Source of the DNA: Bacteroides sp.
GTDB lineage: Bacteria > Bacteroidota > Bacteroidia > G022818785
Reading direction: 5' to 3'
Assembly: GCA_022818785.1 (NCBI GenBank)
Contig: CP063811.1
Span: 289,301-325,107, forward strand
DNA: 35,807 nt
Under the pieces are notes generated by a model. That model did not search any database, was not told the DNA's origin, and saw nothing but the letters and a program-made list of their open reading frames with translations. Below, piece by piece: positions 1 to 11,123 of the stretch (position 1 is the stretch's first letter; each line of letters begins with the position of its first letter). The position numbers were made by a program, and so were the translations under genes.

Positions 1-1059
1 TTAGAATTGTTAATGAGAGGAGAAATTGTCATAAAATGTACACCTCATATTGGATATTTACATAGATGTTTTGAAAAACATACTGAATATTTAACATATA
101 AACAAATAATACCTTATACAGATAGATTAGATTATCTATCATCTATGAACAATAACCATGTATTTTGTATGGGTGTAGAAAAATTATATGGTATTGATAA
201 ATATATTCCTATTGAAATTGAATATATAAGAGTGTTAATGGTTGAGTTAAATCGTATAGCATCTCATTTAATGTTTATAGGAACTTATAGCATGGATTTA
301 GGATCTATAACACCATTTTTATGGGCTTTTTCTGAAAGAGAAAATATTATTAAACTTTTAGAATCAGTTAGTGGATCTAGACTTTTATATAATTATATAT
401 CAATTGGAAGTGTTTATAAAAAAATTTCTAGTATTTTTTTTGATAATTGTAAATATGTTATGATAGGACTTATTAAAAAACTTAACTCTTTAAAAGAGAT
501 GTTAAATAATAACATAGTATTTATTAAAAGAACAGCTAATATTGGAATTTTACCTTTAAAATTTGCAATTAATTATGGTTGCAGTGGACCTGTTTTAAGA
601 GCTTCGGGACTTAAATGGGATTTAAGAAAAATAGATAAATATTCAATATATTCACTATTGAATTTTGATATACCATATGGAATTAATTCTATAGGTGTAG
701 TTGGTGATTGTTGGAATAGATTTAATGTTAGATTAGAAGAGATATACCAATCCATTGATATGGTATATCAATGTATGAAATATTTAAAAAAATTACCAAA
801 AATAGAAATTATTAATAGTAATAAAAAAATATATCCTTTATATAAAGAATATTATATAAGAGGAGAAAATCCTAGAGGAGAATTAGGATTTTATTTTGTT
901 ACTCAAGATAATAGCGAAATACCTCTTCGTTGCAAAGTTAGAGCTCCTTCTTTTGCAAATTTACAAATTATATCAACTTTATGCATAAATTATACTATAT
1001 CAGATTTAATTGCTATTTTAGGATCAATAGATATTGTATTAGGAGAAGTAGATAGATAA
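1..1059 (+). CDS. nuoD: NADH-quinone oxidoreductase subunit D, 5'-partial (runs off the window start)
   Basis: Frame 1 is open from base 1 (LELLMRGEIVIKCTPHIGYLHRCFEKH...). It shows NuoD/Nqo4 hallmarks (PHIGYLHR.FEK, TDRLDYLSSMNN, C-terminal IDIVLGEVDR). About 50 N-terminal residues are missing. Stop is TAA at 1057-1059. Confidence 0.9.
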   Translation, partial: LELLMRGEIVIKCTPHIGYLHRCFEKHTEYLTYKQIIPYTDRLDYLSSMNNNHVFCMGVEKLYGIDKYIPIEIEYIRVLMVELNRIASHLMFIGTYSMDLGSITPFLWAFSERENIIKLLESVSGSRLLYNYISIGSVYKKISSIFFDNCKYVMIGLIKKLNSLKEMLNNNIVFIKRTANIGILPLKFAINYGCSGPVLRASGLKWDLRKIDKYSIYSLLNFDIPYGINSIGVVGDCWNRFNVRLEEIYQSIDMVYQCMKYLKKLPKIEIINSNKKIYPLYKEYYIRGENPRGELGFYFVTQDNSEIPLRCKVRAPSFANLQIISTLCINYTISDLIAILGSIDIVLGEVDR

Positions 1060-1060
1060 A

Positions 1061-1461
1061 TGGAGTTGGAGGGATTCGAACCCTCGTCCAAATATAATTA
1101 TTAATATAATTTCTACATGTTTATTTATATATCATTATTCACTATATAATATATATAAAAATATGTATATAGCATATCTATATTATATTTATTTCTAAAT
1201 CAAAAAAAATATAGAATTTTTCAATTTATATATTGATATAAATAAGTATCTTATGAATAAATCAATCAATAAATGATTTAAAAGATATCTTGTTTTTCCC
1301 ACTATGAGAAAAATACTTAATTAGCAATATAACTAAGCAGCAAGAGCGTAATCGTTATTTTCGCCTTTTATATTTAAAATGAGGACTTAATTTAAAACTA
1401 CATCCACAAAAGTTTACATGCTTAAATATCAAACATACATCTGTCAAATCCTTTCAACCCC
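1061..1461 (-). ncRNA. ssrA: tmRNA (transfer-messenger RNA), about 401 nt, CCA not encoded
   Basis: The minus-strand 5' end GGGGTTGAAAGGATTTGACAG pairs with the 3' end GAGGGTTCGAATCCCTCCAACTCCA (T-arm plus acceptor). The acceptor stem GGGGTTG/CAACTCC contains the G3:U70 alanine identity pair and discriminator A. An internal tag frame ends in YALAA-stop. Confidence 0.9.
1333..1365 (-). other. tmRNA tag-peptide reading frame: GENNDYALAA then TAG
   Basis: Minus strand reads GGC GAA AAT AAC GAT TAC GCT CTT GCT GCT TAG. The resume codon GGC is preceded by an A-rich stretch (TAAAAGGCG), as I recall for Bacteroidota tmRNAs. Confidence 0.8.
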
Positions 1462-1505
1462 TTTAATACATTTACACAAATATAATTAATATTTATTAAT
1501 AAATA

Positions 1506-2276
1506 TTATAATAGTATTTCAGTTTTAACATTATTATTATAATTGTAAAATAAATCATATTTACATATATAAACATTTTTAACACCATTATATAAAGCTT
1601 TAAAGGAATTATCAATTTTAGGAATCATGCCACTATGTATAATTTTGTCATTTTTAAATTCTATGTATTTTTTTTTGTTTAACAAATTAATTACTTTATT
1701 TTTTATTAAAACACCTTCCCTTTCAAATAAGTAATATAATTTTACATTATAATGAGATGAAAGTGCAGAAGCTATTGCAGAAGCTATAGAATCTGCATTA
1801 GTATTTAATAATTGTCCGTTCATATCATGTGTAATGGGAGCAATTACAGGATAAAATCCTGCATTTAATAATTTCATTATATTATTTGTTGAAACATTGA
1901 TAACTTTTCCTACATATCCATAATTAACACCATCAACATCAGATTTTTTTATAGAGGTTATTAAATTTCCATCAGCACCGCACAAACCTATACTATTTAA
2001 TTTATTTTTTTGTAAGATACTTACTATATTTTTATTAATTAATCCTGCATAAGTCATTATCACAATTTTTAATGTATTATGACAAGTAATTCTTCTTCCA
2101 TTAATCATTTTAATTTCTAGATTCATTTTACGACTAATTTCGCTTGATATTATACCCCCTCCATGAATTAATATTTTATTAATATTTTTAGCTGCATAAA
2201 ATTTTAGAAATTTATTCAATATTGTTGAATTATTAACAATATTACCTCCTATTTTTATTATATATAATTCTTCCAT
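1506..2276 (-). CDS. argB: acetylglutamate kinase
   Basis: 256 aa. Amino-acid kinase family motifs IIKIGGN, LIHGGG, NTNADSIASAIASAL. ATG start, TAA stop. Confidence 0.85.
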   Translation of the reverse strand: MEELYIIKIGGNIVNNSTILNKFLKFYAAKNINKILIHGGGIISSEISRKMNLEIKMINGRRITCHNTLKIVIMTYAGLINKNIVSILQKNKLNSIGLCGADGNLITSIKKSDVDGVNYGYVGKVINVSTNNIMKLLNAGFYPVIAPITHDMNGQLLNTNADSIASAIASALSSHYNVKLYYLFEREGVLIKNKVINLLNKKKYIEFKNDKIIHSGMIPKIDNSFKALYNGVKNVYICKYDLFYNYNNNVKTEILL

Positions 2277-2289
2277 ATTTTTTTTTATA

Positions 2290-3009
2290 TTATCTGTTAA
2301 TTAATAATAATTCCAAAAGAACAGCAATACCTGAAGTTTCTGTTCTTAATATATTATTACATATTTTTATACCTAAAAATTTTTTTTTAATGGCATATAA
2401 ATATTCTTTATCTGTAAATCCTCCTTCTGGCCCAATAACAATTAATACAGAGGAATTTTTTTGATATGTATCACTTAAATAACTATTTTCAATAGATTTA
2501 TTGTGAGCAATATAATTAAATTGGTTATTTTTAATTTGATCATTAAATGCTTGATCAATAAAATCTTGATATTTTACAACATTATTAATATGTGGTTTAA
2601 AAGTTTGATTACTTTGTTTAATAGCAGATATAAGAATTTTATTATATTTATCAATATTATTTATTGTTTTTAATTGTGTATAATCAGTTATTATAGGAGT
2701 TATATTATTAACTCCTATTTCAGTAGATTTTTCTAAAAACCATCTAAATCTAGACATATTTTTAATAATGGAGATTCCAATGTTAATTGTATATTTAGGT
2801 TTACAATTTTTTATGTGTTTATCAACATATATATAAACTTTTTTGAAAGAAAAATCACTAACATATCCTTTGTAAAGATTGCCGGTACCATCAGTTAAAT
2901 ATATAGAATCATATTTATTAATTCTTAGTGCAATTATATGTTTATATTCTTCTTTATCAAAAATTATAATATTATTTATTTTTATATTTTTAAAATAAAA
3001 AATATTCAT
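2290..3009 (-). CDS. rsmE: 16S rRNA (uracil1498-N3)-methyltransferase
   Basis: 239 aa. RsmE motifs IGPEGGFTDKE and LRTETSGIAVL near the C-terminus. Confidence 0.85.
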   Translation of the reverse strand: MNIFYFKNIKINNIIIFDKEEYKHIIALRINKYDSIYLTDGTGNLYKGYVSDFSFKKVYIYVDKHIKNCKPKYTINIGISIIKNMSRFRWFLEKSTEIGVNNITPIITDYTQLKTINNIDKYNKILISAIKQSNQTFKPHINNVVKYQDFIDQAFNDQIKNNQFNYIAHNKSIENSYLSDTYQKNSSVLIVIGPEGGFTDKEYLYAIKKKFLGIKICNNILRTETSGIAVLLELLLINR

Positions 3010-3012
3010 AAT

Positions 3013-4300
<1,288 letters not shown>

Positions 4301-4373
4301 ATAAAATGCAATTTTTCTATTGTTATAGAATTAATAAATACAATTATTATCATATAATATATTAAAAATAGCA

Positions 4374-5018
4374 TTATTTTTTTGATAAATTTTGCGATTT
4401 TTTGTATAAAATTCTAATTAATGGTATTGAAGAACATAAAACTATTAATATTATCATAAATTCTATATTTTCTTTTATAGATGGCATATTACCTAAATAA
4501 TAACCAGACAAAACTACAGAAATAGACCATAAAAATGCTCCAATAATGTTATATATTACAAATGTTTTATAATTTAATTGTACTATTCCTGCAATTATTG
4601 GTACAAAAGTTCGAATTACAGGTAAAAATCTTCCTATAATTAAGGCAAATCCTCCATATTTTTTATAAAATTTATTAGCTTCATCAATATATTTTCTATC
4701 TAAAATCCATAATTTATATTTTTTGAATAATACTAAATTAGATTTACTACCAATCCAATAAGCAATTAAATTTCCTAAAATAGCTGAAAAAGCTATTAAT
4801 AAAATTAATAATGTAACATTACCGTTTAATAATTTATTATCACTACACAACATTCCTGCTACAAATAGCAATGAATCTCCAGGTAGAAAAAAACCAAATA
4901 TAAAACCATTTTCTATCAATACAATTGTAATAATGGTAACCAATGATAGAGATCCTAAATTATTAAGTAAATCTAAAGGATTTGTTAATAATTTAATTAA
5001 ATCTAATAAATAATGCAT
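4374..5018 (-). CDS. DedA/SNARE-associated family inner-membrane protein
   Basis: 214 aa, multi-TM. DedA signature region GFFLPGDSLLFVAGML and RFLPVIRTFVPIIAG. Confidence 0.8.
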   Translation of the reverse strand: MHYLLDLIKLLTNPLDLLNNLGSLSLVTIITIVLIENGFIFGFFLPGDSLLFVAGMLCSDNKLLNGNVTLLILLIAFSAILGNLIAYWIGSKSNLVLFKKYKLWILDRKYIDEANKFYKKYGGFALIIGRFLPVIRTFVPIIAGIVQLNYKTFVIYNIIGAFLWSISVVLSGYYLGNMPSIKENIEFMIILIVLCSSIPLIRILYKKSQNLSKK

Positions 5019-5033
5019 TCAATATATATAAGT

Positions 5034-6404
5034 TTATGGTACAATATTATAAATTACAAAAGGAAAAACCCCTAAAAATATCATTACTATTATAAGAAAT
5101 AATAATATTATTTTGTAAAAATGATTAATATATAAAATATTATCCCTATATGTTTTTTTAAATAACATTATATGAAATATAATTTTAATATAATAAATAA
5201 TTGAAAAAATCGAACTTACTAATATAGACATCAATAAATAAATATTTTTATTATAAATAATATTTTGTATTACATATAACTTACCAAAAAAAATTCCACT
5301 GATAGGCAATCCAGCTAAATAAATAGATGATATTGATAATATAATAGATAAAAATTTATTATTTATAAATAAGCCATGCAGGTATTTAATATTATAACTA
5401 TTATAGTGATTATTTATAGTAATTATTATTGAAAAGAAAACTGTAAAAGATAAAATATATGATATAATATATATAAATAACATTTTATATATATATATAT
5501 TATTAATTAGTAATATATTTATGATATATGCTGTATGTGAAATACTAGAATAAAGCAACATTTTTTTTAAATCATTTTCTTTTAAAGCTTTTATATTAGA
5601 TATAATTAATGTTGGTATAAGTAAAATATGTATCATATTAATAATATGATTGTTATATTTTAATAAAATAATCAATTTATTAAAACATGATATAAATACA
5701 ATTTTACCAATTGTAGACATATATAGTGTAATTATCGATGGAGAATTATAATATATATCTATCATCCAATTATTAAATGGAAATATTCCTAATTTAAACA
5801 GTAAAGTTATTAATATTAATAATAATCCTATTAAATACATATCATGATTTATAATATGTAAACTTTTATTCATACTAAAGACTCCAGTTGCTCCATAAAC
5901 AAATGATATTCCTAATAATAAAAAACAAACCATTATCGATCCTAAAATAAAATATTTGATAGAACTAATTATATATTTTTTATTTTTATTATCTACACAT
6001 ATTAGTATATAAAAGCATATGGATATTATTTCCAATCCAAGAAATAATATTATAAAATTTTCACATGTAATCATTAACAATCCTCCAATCAATGATAATA
6101 AGATTACAGAATACATATCTGGAGAATACGATTGACTATATAAATATCTTTGGTTAATTATTATTATAGGTAACATAAATACATTAGTAATCAATATAAT
6201 TATGCTAAATAAAATATTATTTTTAGACAAATATATCATATTATTAAATAAATGATAATCTTTATGCCAATTAAATAATAAATACGTTAAAGAAGTCAAT
6301 AAACTAAAATACATTAAATAATATATTAGTTTTGAAATAGGCTTATATATATTGATATATAATATAATTATAGATATTATGAAAATATTAACTAAAAGAT
6401 ACAT
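5034..6404 (-). CDS. nuoN: NADH-quinone oxidoreductase subunit N
   Basis: 456 aa polytopic antiporter-like protein. It is last in the N-M-L-K-J-I order and carries the motif PFNNWMIDIYYNSPSIIT (compare PfhfWtPDvYeGap). Confidence 0.8.
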   Translation of the reverse strand: MYLLVNIFIISIIILYINIYKPISKLIYYLMYFSLLTSLTYLLFNWHKDYHLFNNMIYLSKNNILFSIIILITNVFMLPIIIINQRYLYSQSYSPDMYSVILLSLIGGLLMITCENFIILFLGLEIISICFYILICVDNKNKKYIISSIKYFILGSIMVCFLLLGISFVYGATGVFSMNKSLHIINHDMYLIGLLLILITLLFKLGIFPFNNWMIDIYYNSPSIITLYMSTIGKIVFISCFNKLIILLKYNNHIINMIHILLIPTLIISNIKALKENDLKKMLLYSSISHTAYIINILLINNIYIYKMLFIYIISYILSFTVFFSIIITINNHYNSYNIKYLHGLFINNKFLSIILSISSIYLAGLPISGIFFGKLYVIQNIIYNKNIYLLMSILVSSIFSIIYYIKIIFHIMLFKKTYRDNILYINHFYKIILLFLIIVMIFLGVFPFVIYNIVP

Positions 6405-6453
6405 GAATATAAAATTATAGTATTTTATTTAAAAACATTTTATAAAGGCAAAA

Positions 6454-7872
6454 TTATGTAAAAAAACAATCTTGATAACATTTTACAAAAATATCAGAAA
6501 ATAAACCCATTAAAAATATTATTATTATTGATAATATAATAACTAATAATTCATTTGATTTAATATTAGCGATATTATGATTTTCTTCATAATTGCTATT
6601 ATGACCTAACATGCTAAGATATATATTATTCATGTATATTGCTGAAAAAATAATTATAAAACTACATAAAATACCAATCATTATATTATATTTAAATATA
6701 ATATTAAATATCATAATTTCACTTATAAAACTACCAGTTAAAGGAAATCCTATATTGTTGAGCATTAAAACAATTATATATATTCCTAATATTGGATATT
6801 TATTTATTATACCATTATATTCACCAATATTAGTAACTTTATGATTTAAATATATGATATTATATATAGTAAAAATACCTATTATTATTATACTATGATT
6901 AATCATTTGTAATATGATACTATTGACAGAAGAAAATCCACCTATAAAAAGACAAATTAAAATTAGACTATTATATGCTATTGATGAATAAGCAGACATA
7001 TATTTTATATTTTTCTGATTTAACGCAAAAATAGAGCTATATATTATACTAAATATTAAATATATAAATAAAAAAATCTTTATAGATGTATTGTCAATAT
7101 TATTATATAATGGGATTATAAATCGTATAAGTCCGTATATTCCCATTTTAGAAAGTATTGTTGACAATATTAATGATATAATATTAGGAGCATAATAATA
7201 TATTTTACGTTGCCATTCATGAAGAATTAATATTGGAATTTTGATTCCAAAACCTATTATTAGCACAAAAAATAATAATATTTTTTCATTAATATTGAGT
7301 AATACATTATTATATTCAATAAATGAAAAATTATGTTGTCCAGATTTACTATATACATATATTATAGCAGTTATAATAATAAATCCTGATGATATACTAT
7401 AAAATAAAAATTTTTCTACATTTTTTCTTATTTTAAAGAAATTATTTGTATAAAAAGCTGATATATATATAGGAATTAAAGATATTTCCCAAAATACGTA
7501 AAATAATATTGTATCAAATGAAATTAATACTCCAATCACACCAAATATTGATATTAAAGCACATAAATATATAAGTTTATTATTTTCTTTATATTGAAAC
7601 GTTGATAAAACAATTAAAAAAAATGAAACTATTGTCATAGTTAACATTTTAAGACTAATATTATCTATTCCAATCATACAATTGATATTTTCTATAATTT
7701 TAAATTCAAGAAAATATTTATGCAAACTTCTATAATAGAATAATATATATATAATATGTGTTGTTTGTACAAATGATGTACTTAATGCTATATATTTGCT
7801 ATATTTGTTAGAAAATGACAATATAAAAATAATACCAATGATTGGTATTAATAGTAATATTAAGTTGTGCAT
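6454..7872 (-). CDS. nuoM: NADH-quinone oxidoreductase subunit M
   Basis: 472 aa antiporter-like protein. Assigned from its position between nuoL and nuoN and the motif LHEWQRKIYYYAPNIISLILSTILSKMGIYGLIRF. Confidence 0.8.
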   Translation of the reverse strand: MHNLILLLIPIIGIIFILSFSNKYSKYIALSTSFVQTTHIIYILFYYRSLHKYFLEFKIIENINCMIGIDNISLKMLTMTIVSFFLIVLSTFQYKENNKLIYLCALISIFGVIGVLISFDTILFYVFWEISLIPIYISAFYTNNFFKIRKNVEKFLFYSISSGFIIITAIIYVYSKSGQHNFSFIEYNNVLLNINEKILLFFVLIIGFGIKIPILILHEWQRKIYYYAPNIISLILSTILSKMGIYGLIRFIIPLYNNIDNTSIKIFLFIYLIFSIIYSSIFALNQKNIKYMSAYSSIAYNSLILICLFIGGFSSVNSIILQMINHSIIIIGIFTIYNIIYLNHKVTNIGEYNGIINKYPILGIYIIVLMLNNIGFPLTGSFISEIMIFNIIFKYNIMIGILCSFIIIFSAIYMNNIYLSMLGHNSNYEENHNIANIKSNELLVIILSIIIIFLMGLFSDIFVKCYQDCFFT

Positions 7873-7873
7873 A

Positions 7874-9745
7874 TTAAGAATTAAATAAATATAGTAGTAT
7901 TATACCTGTGGTACCAATGATAACATTTGCTATATGATTTTTAATATATTTTGATTGAATACAATTAAAGAAATTATTTAAAATATTTATTTTGTTATCA
8001 CAAAAAATATAAATATTGTTAACATTTTTTTCTATATATTTATTAAATATAAAATATAAGTTATTTACAATTGCATACAATGCAATATCATATAATTTAT
8101 CAATATAAAATTGATTTTTTATTGCAACAAATATATATTTTTTATCAAAATTATATTTTATCTTTTGATAAAAAACTGTATATAGATAATATATACATAT
8201 ACCAATTAATTCCAATATCATAATTGATATTATTAAAAATATATTAAAATGCGAAATCATTAGACTATGATCCAAAATGTTATAAAAATTAGATATATAT
8301 TCTATACATGTATATTTATAGCCATATAATATTATTGGTAAAAAATTTATGATAGATATTCCTAATGACATTGCTATAAGAATATATATTGATATATATA
8401 CTACTATATGGAGTTTATTTGATATTACTAAAAAATTATTTCTTTTATAGAAAAAAATATAATATATCATTTTATAACTATACATTGATGTTAATACAAT
8501 ACTAATCAAAATTAATATTCCTATATAAATATTTTGATGTATAACATGTGATATAATATTTTCTTTTGAAAAGAATCCTCCTAAAGGAGGTATACCAATA
8601 ATATTACATATTCCAATTATAATAGCTATTTTTTCTTTAAAAATATATTTGTTAGGTATATAACAATATTTATAAATATTTTGTGTATTGGTTTTCATAA
8701 TTAAATTACCAACTGTTAAAAACAGTAAAGCTTTGAATATAGAATGTGTTATCATATGAAATAAACATCCATTAAGATTATTTATGGAAAAACTTATAAA
8801 CATATATCCTAAATGCCCAATAGTTGAATAAGCTAATATTTTTTTTATATTATTATTGAATAATGCCATCAAAGATGATAATAAAATTGTTATAATAGAT
8901 AAAAAAGTTATAATTGTCATAAAAATTGGCATATACATATATAATTTATACGATCTTATTAATAGATATATGCCCGCTGTTACCATAGTAGAAGAATGTA
9001 TAAGTGCAGAAACCGGGGTAGGCCCTATCATTGCATTTGGTAACCATATATGAAAAGGAAATTGAGCACTTTTTATTAATGATGCAACAGTAATACAAGT
9101 TAAAATTACATACAAAACGTAATGAGATATTAATGATATATTTATTTCCAATAAATCTTTATATGAAATTATATTAATATTGATTAATATTAATATTGAA
9201 ATTAATAATGCAATGTCTCCAATTTTATTTAAAATAAATATTTTATTAACTAATAATTTTTGGTCTTTGTTATTAATATAAAGACCTATTAATAAATAAG
9301 ACATTAACCCTACTCCCTCCCATCCTATAAACATTAAAATATAACTATCAACTAATATCATTAGTTGCATAAAAAATATAAACAAATTGATATATATGTA
9401 AAATTTTTTATAAAATTTAGCTTTTAATGCATATCCGGTAGAATATATTATAACTAATAGAGATATTGTGTTAATCATTAGTAACCATATACAGCTTATA
9501 TAATCTATATAAAAAGATAATTTTATATACGAATTATTAATTGTAATAAAATTATATATAGGTATAAAATAAAATTTTTTAAAAAAAAATATTTCATAAC
9601 AAATAAGGAGTACAAAAAATAATGTAAAAAATGATAATACTAATAATATTTTATTGTATAAACTTTTATTTTTAATAAAAAAAACTAATATAGCTCCTAA
9701 AAAAGGCAACAATAAAATTGTATATATTATATATTGTATATTCAT
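7874..9745 (-). CDS. nuoL: NADH-quinone oxidoreductase subunit L
   Basis: 623 aa. Motif HIWLPNAMIGPTPVSALIHSSTMVTAGIYLLIR matches the NuoL/ND5 signature. A long C-terminal extension is present. Confidence 0.9.
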   Translation of the reverse strand: MNIQYIIYTILLLPFLGAILVFFIKNKSLYNKILLVLSFFTLFFVLLICYEIFFFKKFYFIPIYNFITINNSYIKLSFYIDYISCIWLLMINTISLLVIIYSTGYALKAKFYKKFYIYINLFIFFMQLMILVDSYILMFIGWEGVGLMSYLLIGLYINNKDQKLLVNKIFILNKIGDIALLISILILININIISYKDLLEINISLISHYVLYVILTCITVASLIKSAQFPFHIWLPNAMIGPTPVSALIHSSTMVTAGIYLLIRSYKLYMYMPIFMTIITFLSIITILLSSLMALFNNNIKKILAYSTIGHLGYMFISFSINNLNGCLFHMITHSIFKALLFLTVGNLIMKTNTQNIYKYCYIPNKYIFKEKIAIIIGICNIIGIPPLGGFFSKENIISHVIHQNIYIGILILISIVLTSMYSYKMIYYIFFYKRNNFLVISNKLHIVVYISIYILIAMSLGISIINFLPIILYGYKYTCIEYISNFYNILDHSLMISHFNIFLIISIMILELIGICIYYLYTVFYQKIKYNFDKKYIFVAIKNQFYIDKLYDIALYAIVNNLYFIFNKYIEKNVNNIYIFCDNKINILNNFFNCIQSKYIKNHIANVIIGTTGIILLYLFNS

Positions 9746-9769
9746 ATTTTACTTGTTTTTTTGTAAAAA

Positions 9770-10069
9770 TTACAAATTATCTATTGTAATTTTGTTATTA
9801 TTTTTATTATTTAACATTATAATCATAGCTAAACCTATAGCTATTTCTATAGCTGCTATAAACATTGTAAAAAAAATCATTATTTGTCCAGAAGAATCAT
9901 TCCAAAAATATGAAAAAGACACTAGCAATAAATTAATTGAACTAAACATTATTTCAATTGACATTAATATTATAATAATATTATTTCTAATGATCAATCC
10001 TATAAGTCCTATAAAAAACAATAAGATTGATAATATTATATAATAATCCAAATATATACTAAAACTCAT
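9770..10069 (-). CDS. nuoK: NADH-quinone oxidoreductase subunit K
   Basis: 99 aa, 3 TM. RNNIIIILMSIEIMFSSINL matches the NuoK/ND4L core with the conserved Glu. Confidence 0.85.
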   Translation of the reverse strand: MSFSIYLDYYIILSILLFFIGLIGLIIRNNIIIILMSIEIMFSSINLLLVSFSYFWNDSSGQIMIFFTMFIAAIEIAIGLAMIIMLNNKNNNKITIDNL

Positions 10070-10071
10070 AT

Positions 10072-10560
10072 TTAATGTTTGGTTAAAATGATAATACCTA
10101 TTATAGAAATAAAAAACAGTATGGCTGTTAATCCAAAGGGTAATATAAATTGATCAAAAAGTAATAATCCTAATTGTTTTGGATACCCTATATCATTTTC
10201 ATAAGAAATATAAATATATTTATTACTATTTATAATAGTAAATAATAAATACTTTAAAAAAATTATAAAAAAAACAGAAATACCAATATAAATTTTATTA
10301 TAAATAATATAGTATTTAATATTGATAAAATTTAAGTTTAAAAACATTATTATAAACAAAAAAAGAATCATTATTGAGCCTGCATATATAATTATATTGG
10401 ATATTCCCAAAAACTGCGCATTTAAAAATAAATAATGACATGTTATAAAAAAAGAAAACAAAACAAAATTAATTACACTATAAATAGGATTTATAGATAA
10501 AATAACCCCTAGAGACGCAATTATTGTTAATAATGAAATAAAAAGATATAAATAATGCAT
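10072..10560 (-). CDS. nuoJ: NADH-quinone oxidoreductase subunit J
   Basis: 162 aa hydrophobic protein located between nuoI and nuoK. Size and position fit NuoJ/ND6, but sequence conservation is weak. Confidence 0.75.
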   Translation of the reverse strand: MHYLYLFISLLTIIASLGVILSINPIYSVINFVLFSFFITCHYLFLNAQFLGISNIIIYAGSIMILFLFIIMFLNLNFINIKYYIIYNKIYIGISVFFIIFLKYLLFTIINSNKYIYISYENDIGYPKQLGLLLFDQFILPFGLTAILFFISIIGIIILTKH

Positions 10561-10565
10561 AAAAT

Positions 10566-11051
10566 TTAATTATCAAGTAATTTTTCTTTTGTAAATATAA
10601 AATTTTCTCTATTAATATCTGGCATTGGTATATTACCATCCAAATATATTGCTTTTTTAGGGCAAGCTTCCTCACATAGACCACAAAATATACATCTTAA
10701 CATGTTAATAGTATATTCTTTAGCATATTTTTCTTCTCTATATAAATTAACTTCAGTATCTTTTCTTTCTGCAGAAATCATTGTAATTGCCTCCGCAGGA
10801 CATGCTAATGCACATAATCCACAAGCAGTACATCTTTCTCTTCCGTATTCATCTCTTTTTAGAGAATGCAATCCTCTAAAATTAGTTGAAAAAACTCTTT
10901 TATCTTCTGGATATTGTATGGTTATTTTTTTTTTAAATAAATGTCTTATTGTAATTTTTAAGCCATTAATAATGGATGGTAAATATATTTTTTCCATCCA
11001 GGTCATTGGTTTATTTGACAAGATCTTTTTTCTATTAGTTAATGTTAACAT
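10566..11051 (-). CDS. nuoI: NADH-quinone oxidoreductase subunit I (2x[4Fe-4S] ferredoxin-type)
   Basis: 161 aa. Two CxxCxxCxxxCP motifs: CTACGLCALACP and CIFCGLCEEACP. Confidence 0.92.
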   Translation of the reverse strand: MLTLTNRKKILSNKPMTWMEKIYLPSIINGLKITIRHLFKKKITIQYPEDKRVFSTNFRGLHSLKRDEYGRERCTACGLCALACPAEAITMISAERKDTEVNLYREEKYAKEYTINMLRCIFCGLCEEACPKKAIYLDGNIPMPDINRENFIFTKEKLLDN

Positions 11052-11123
11052 ATATAAATAATTATTTATTATTGATTAATAAATATAAAAACATTATTAT
11101 AATAATATAAATTAATTTTGTCT

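Noticed and set aside
1061-1110. An isolated tRNA-like T-arm plus acceptor 3' half directly after nuoD, which could be read as a tRNA fragment or integration-site remnant
   Set aside because: It pairs with the GGGGTTG 5' end at 1455-1461 and encloses a YALAA tag frame, so it is the 3' end of an intact tmRNA, not a tRNA relic.
5486-5503. (TA)9 dinucleotide run inside nuoN, considered as a contingency or slippage locus
   Set aside because: It is in frame (encodes ..NIYIYK..), the gene is intact on both sides, and such runs are expected from composition. There is no evidence of phase variation from a single sequence.
10702-11061. 119-aa ORF on the plus strand, the longest unassigned ORF in the track
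   Set aside because: It lies entirely antisense to nuoI, which has unmistakable 2x[4Fe-4S] motifs. It sits in the locally most GC-rich gene, where antisense frames lack stops by chance. Its translation has no recognisable family features.
11112-11119. TAATTTTG match to the Bacteroidota -7 promoter consensus just upstream of aroA
   Set aside because: It ends only 4 nt before the probable ATG (11124), so a transcript starting downstream of it would lack the start codon. There is no -33 element. A chance match is likely at this composition.
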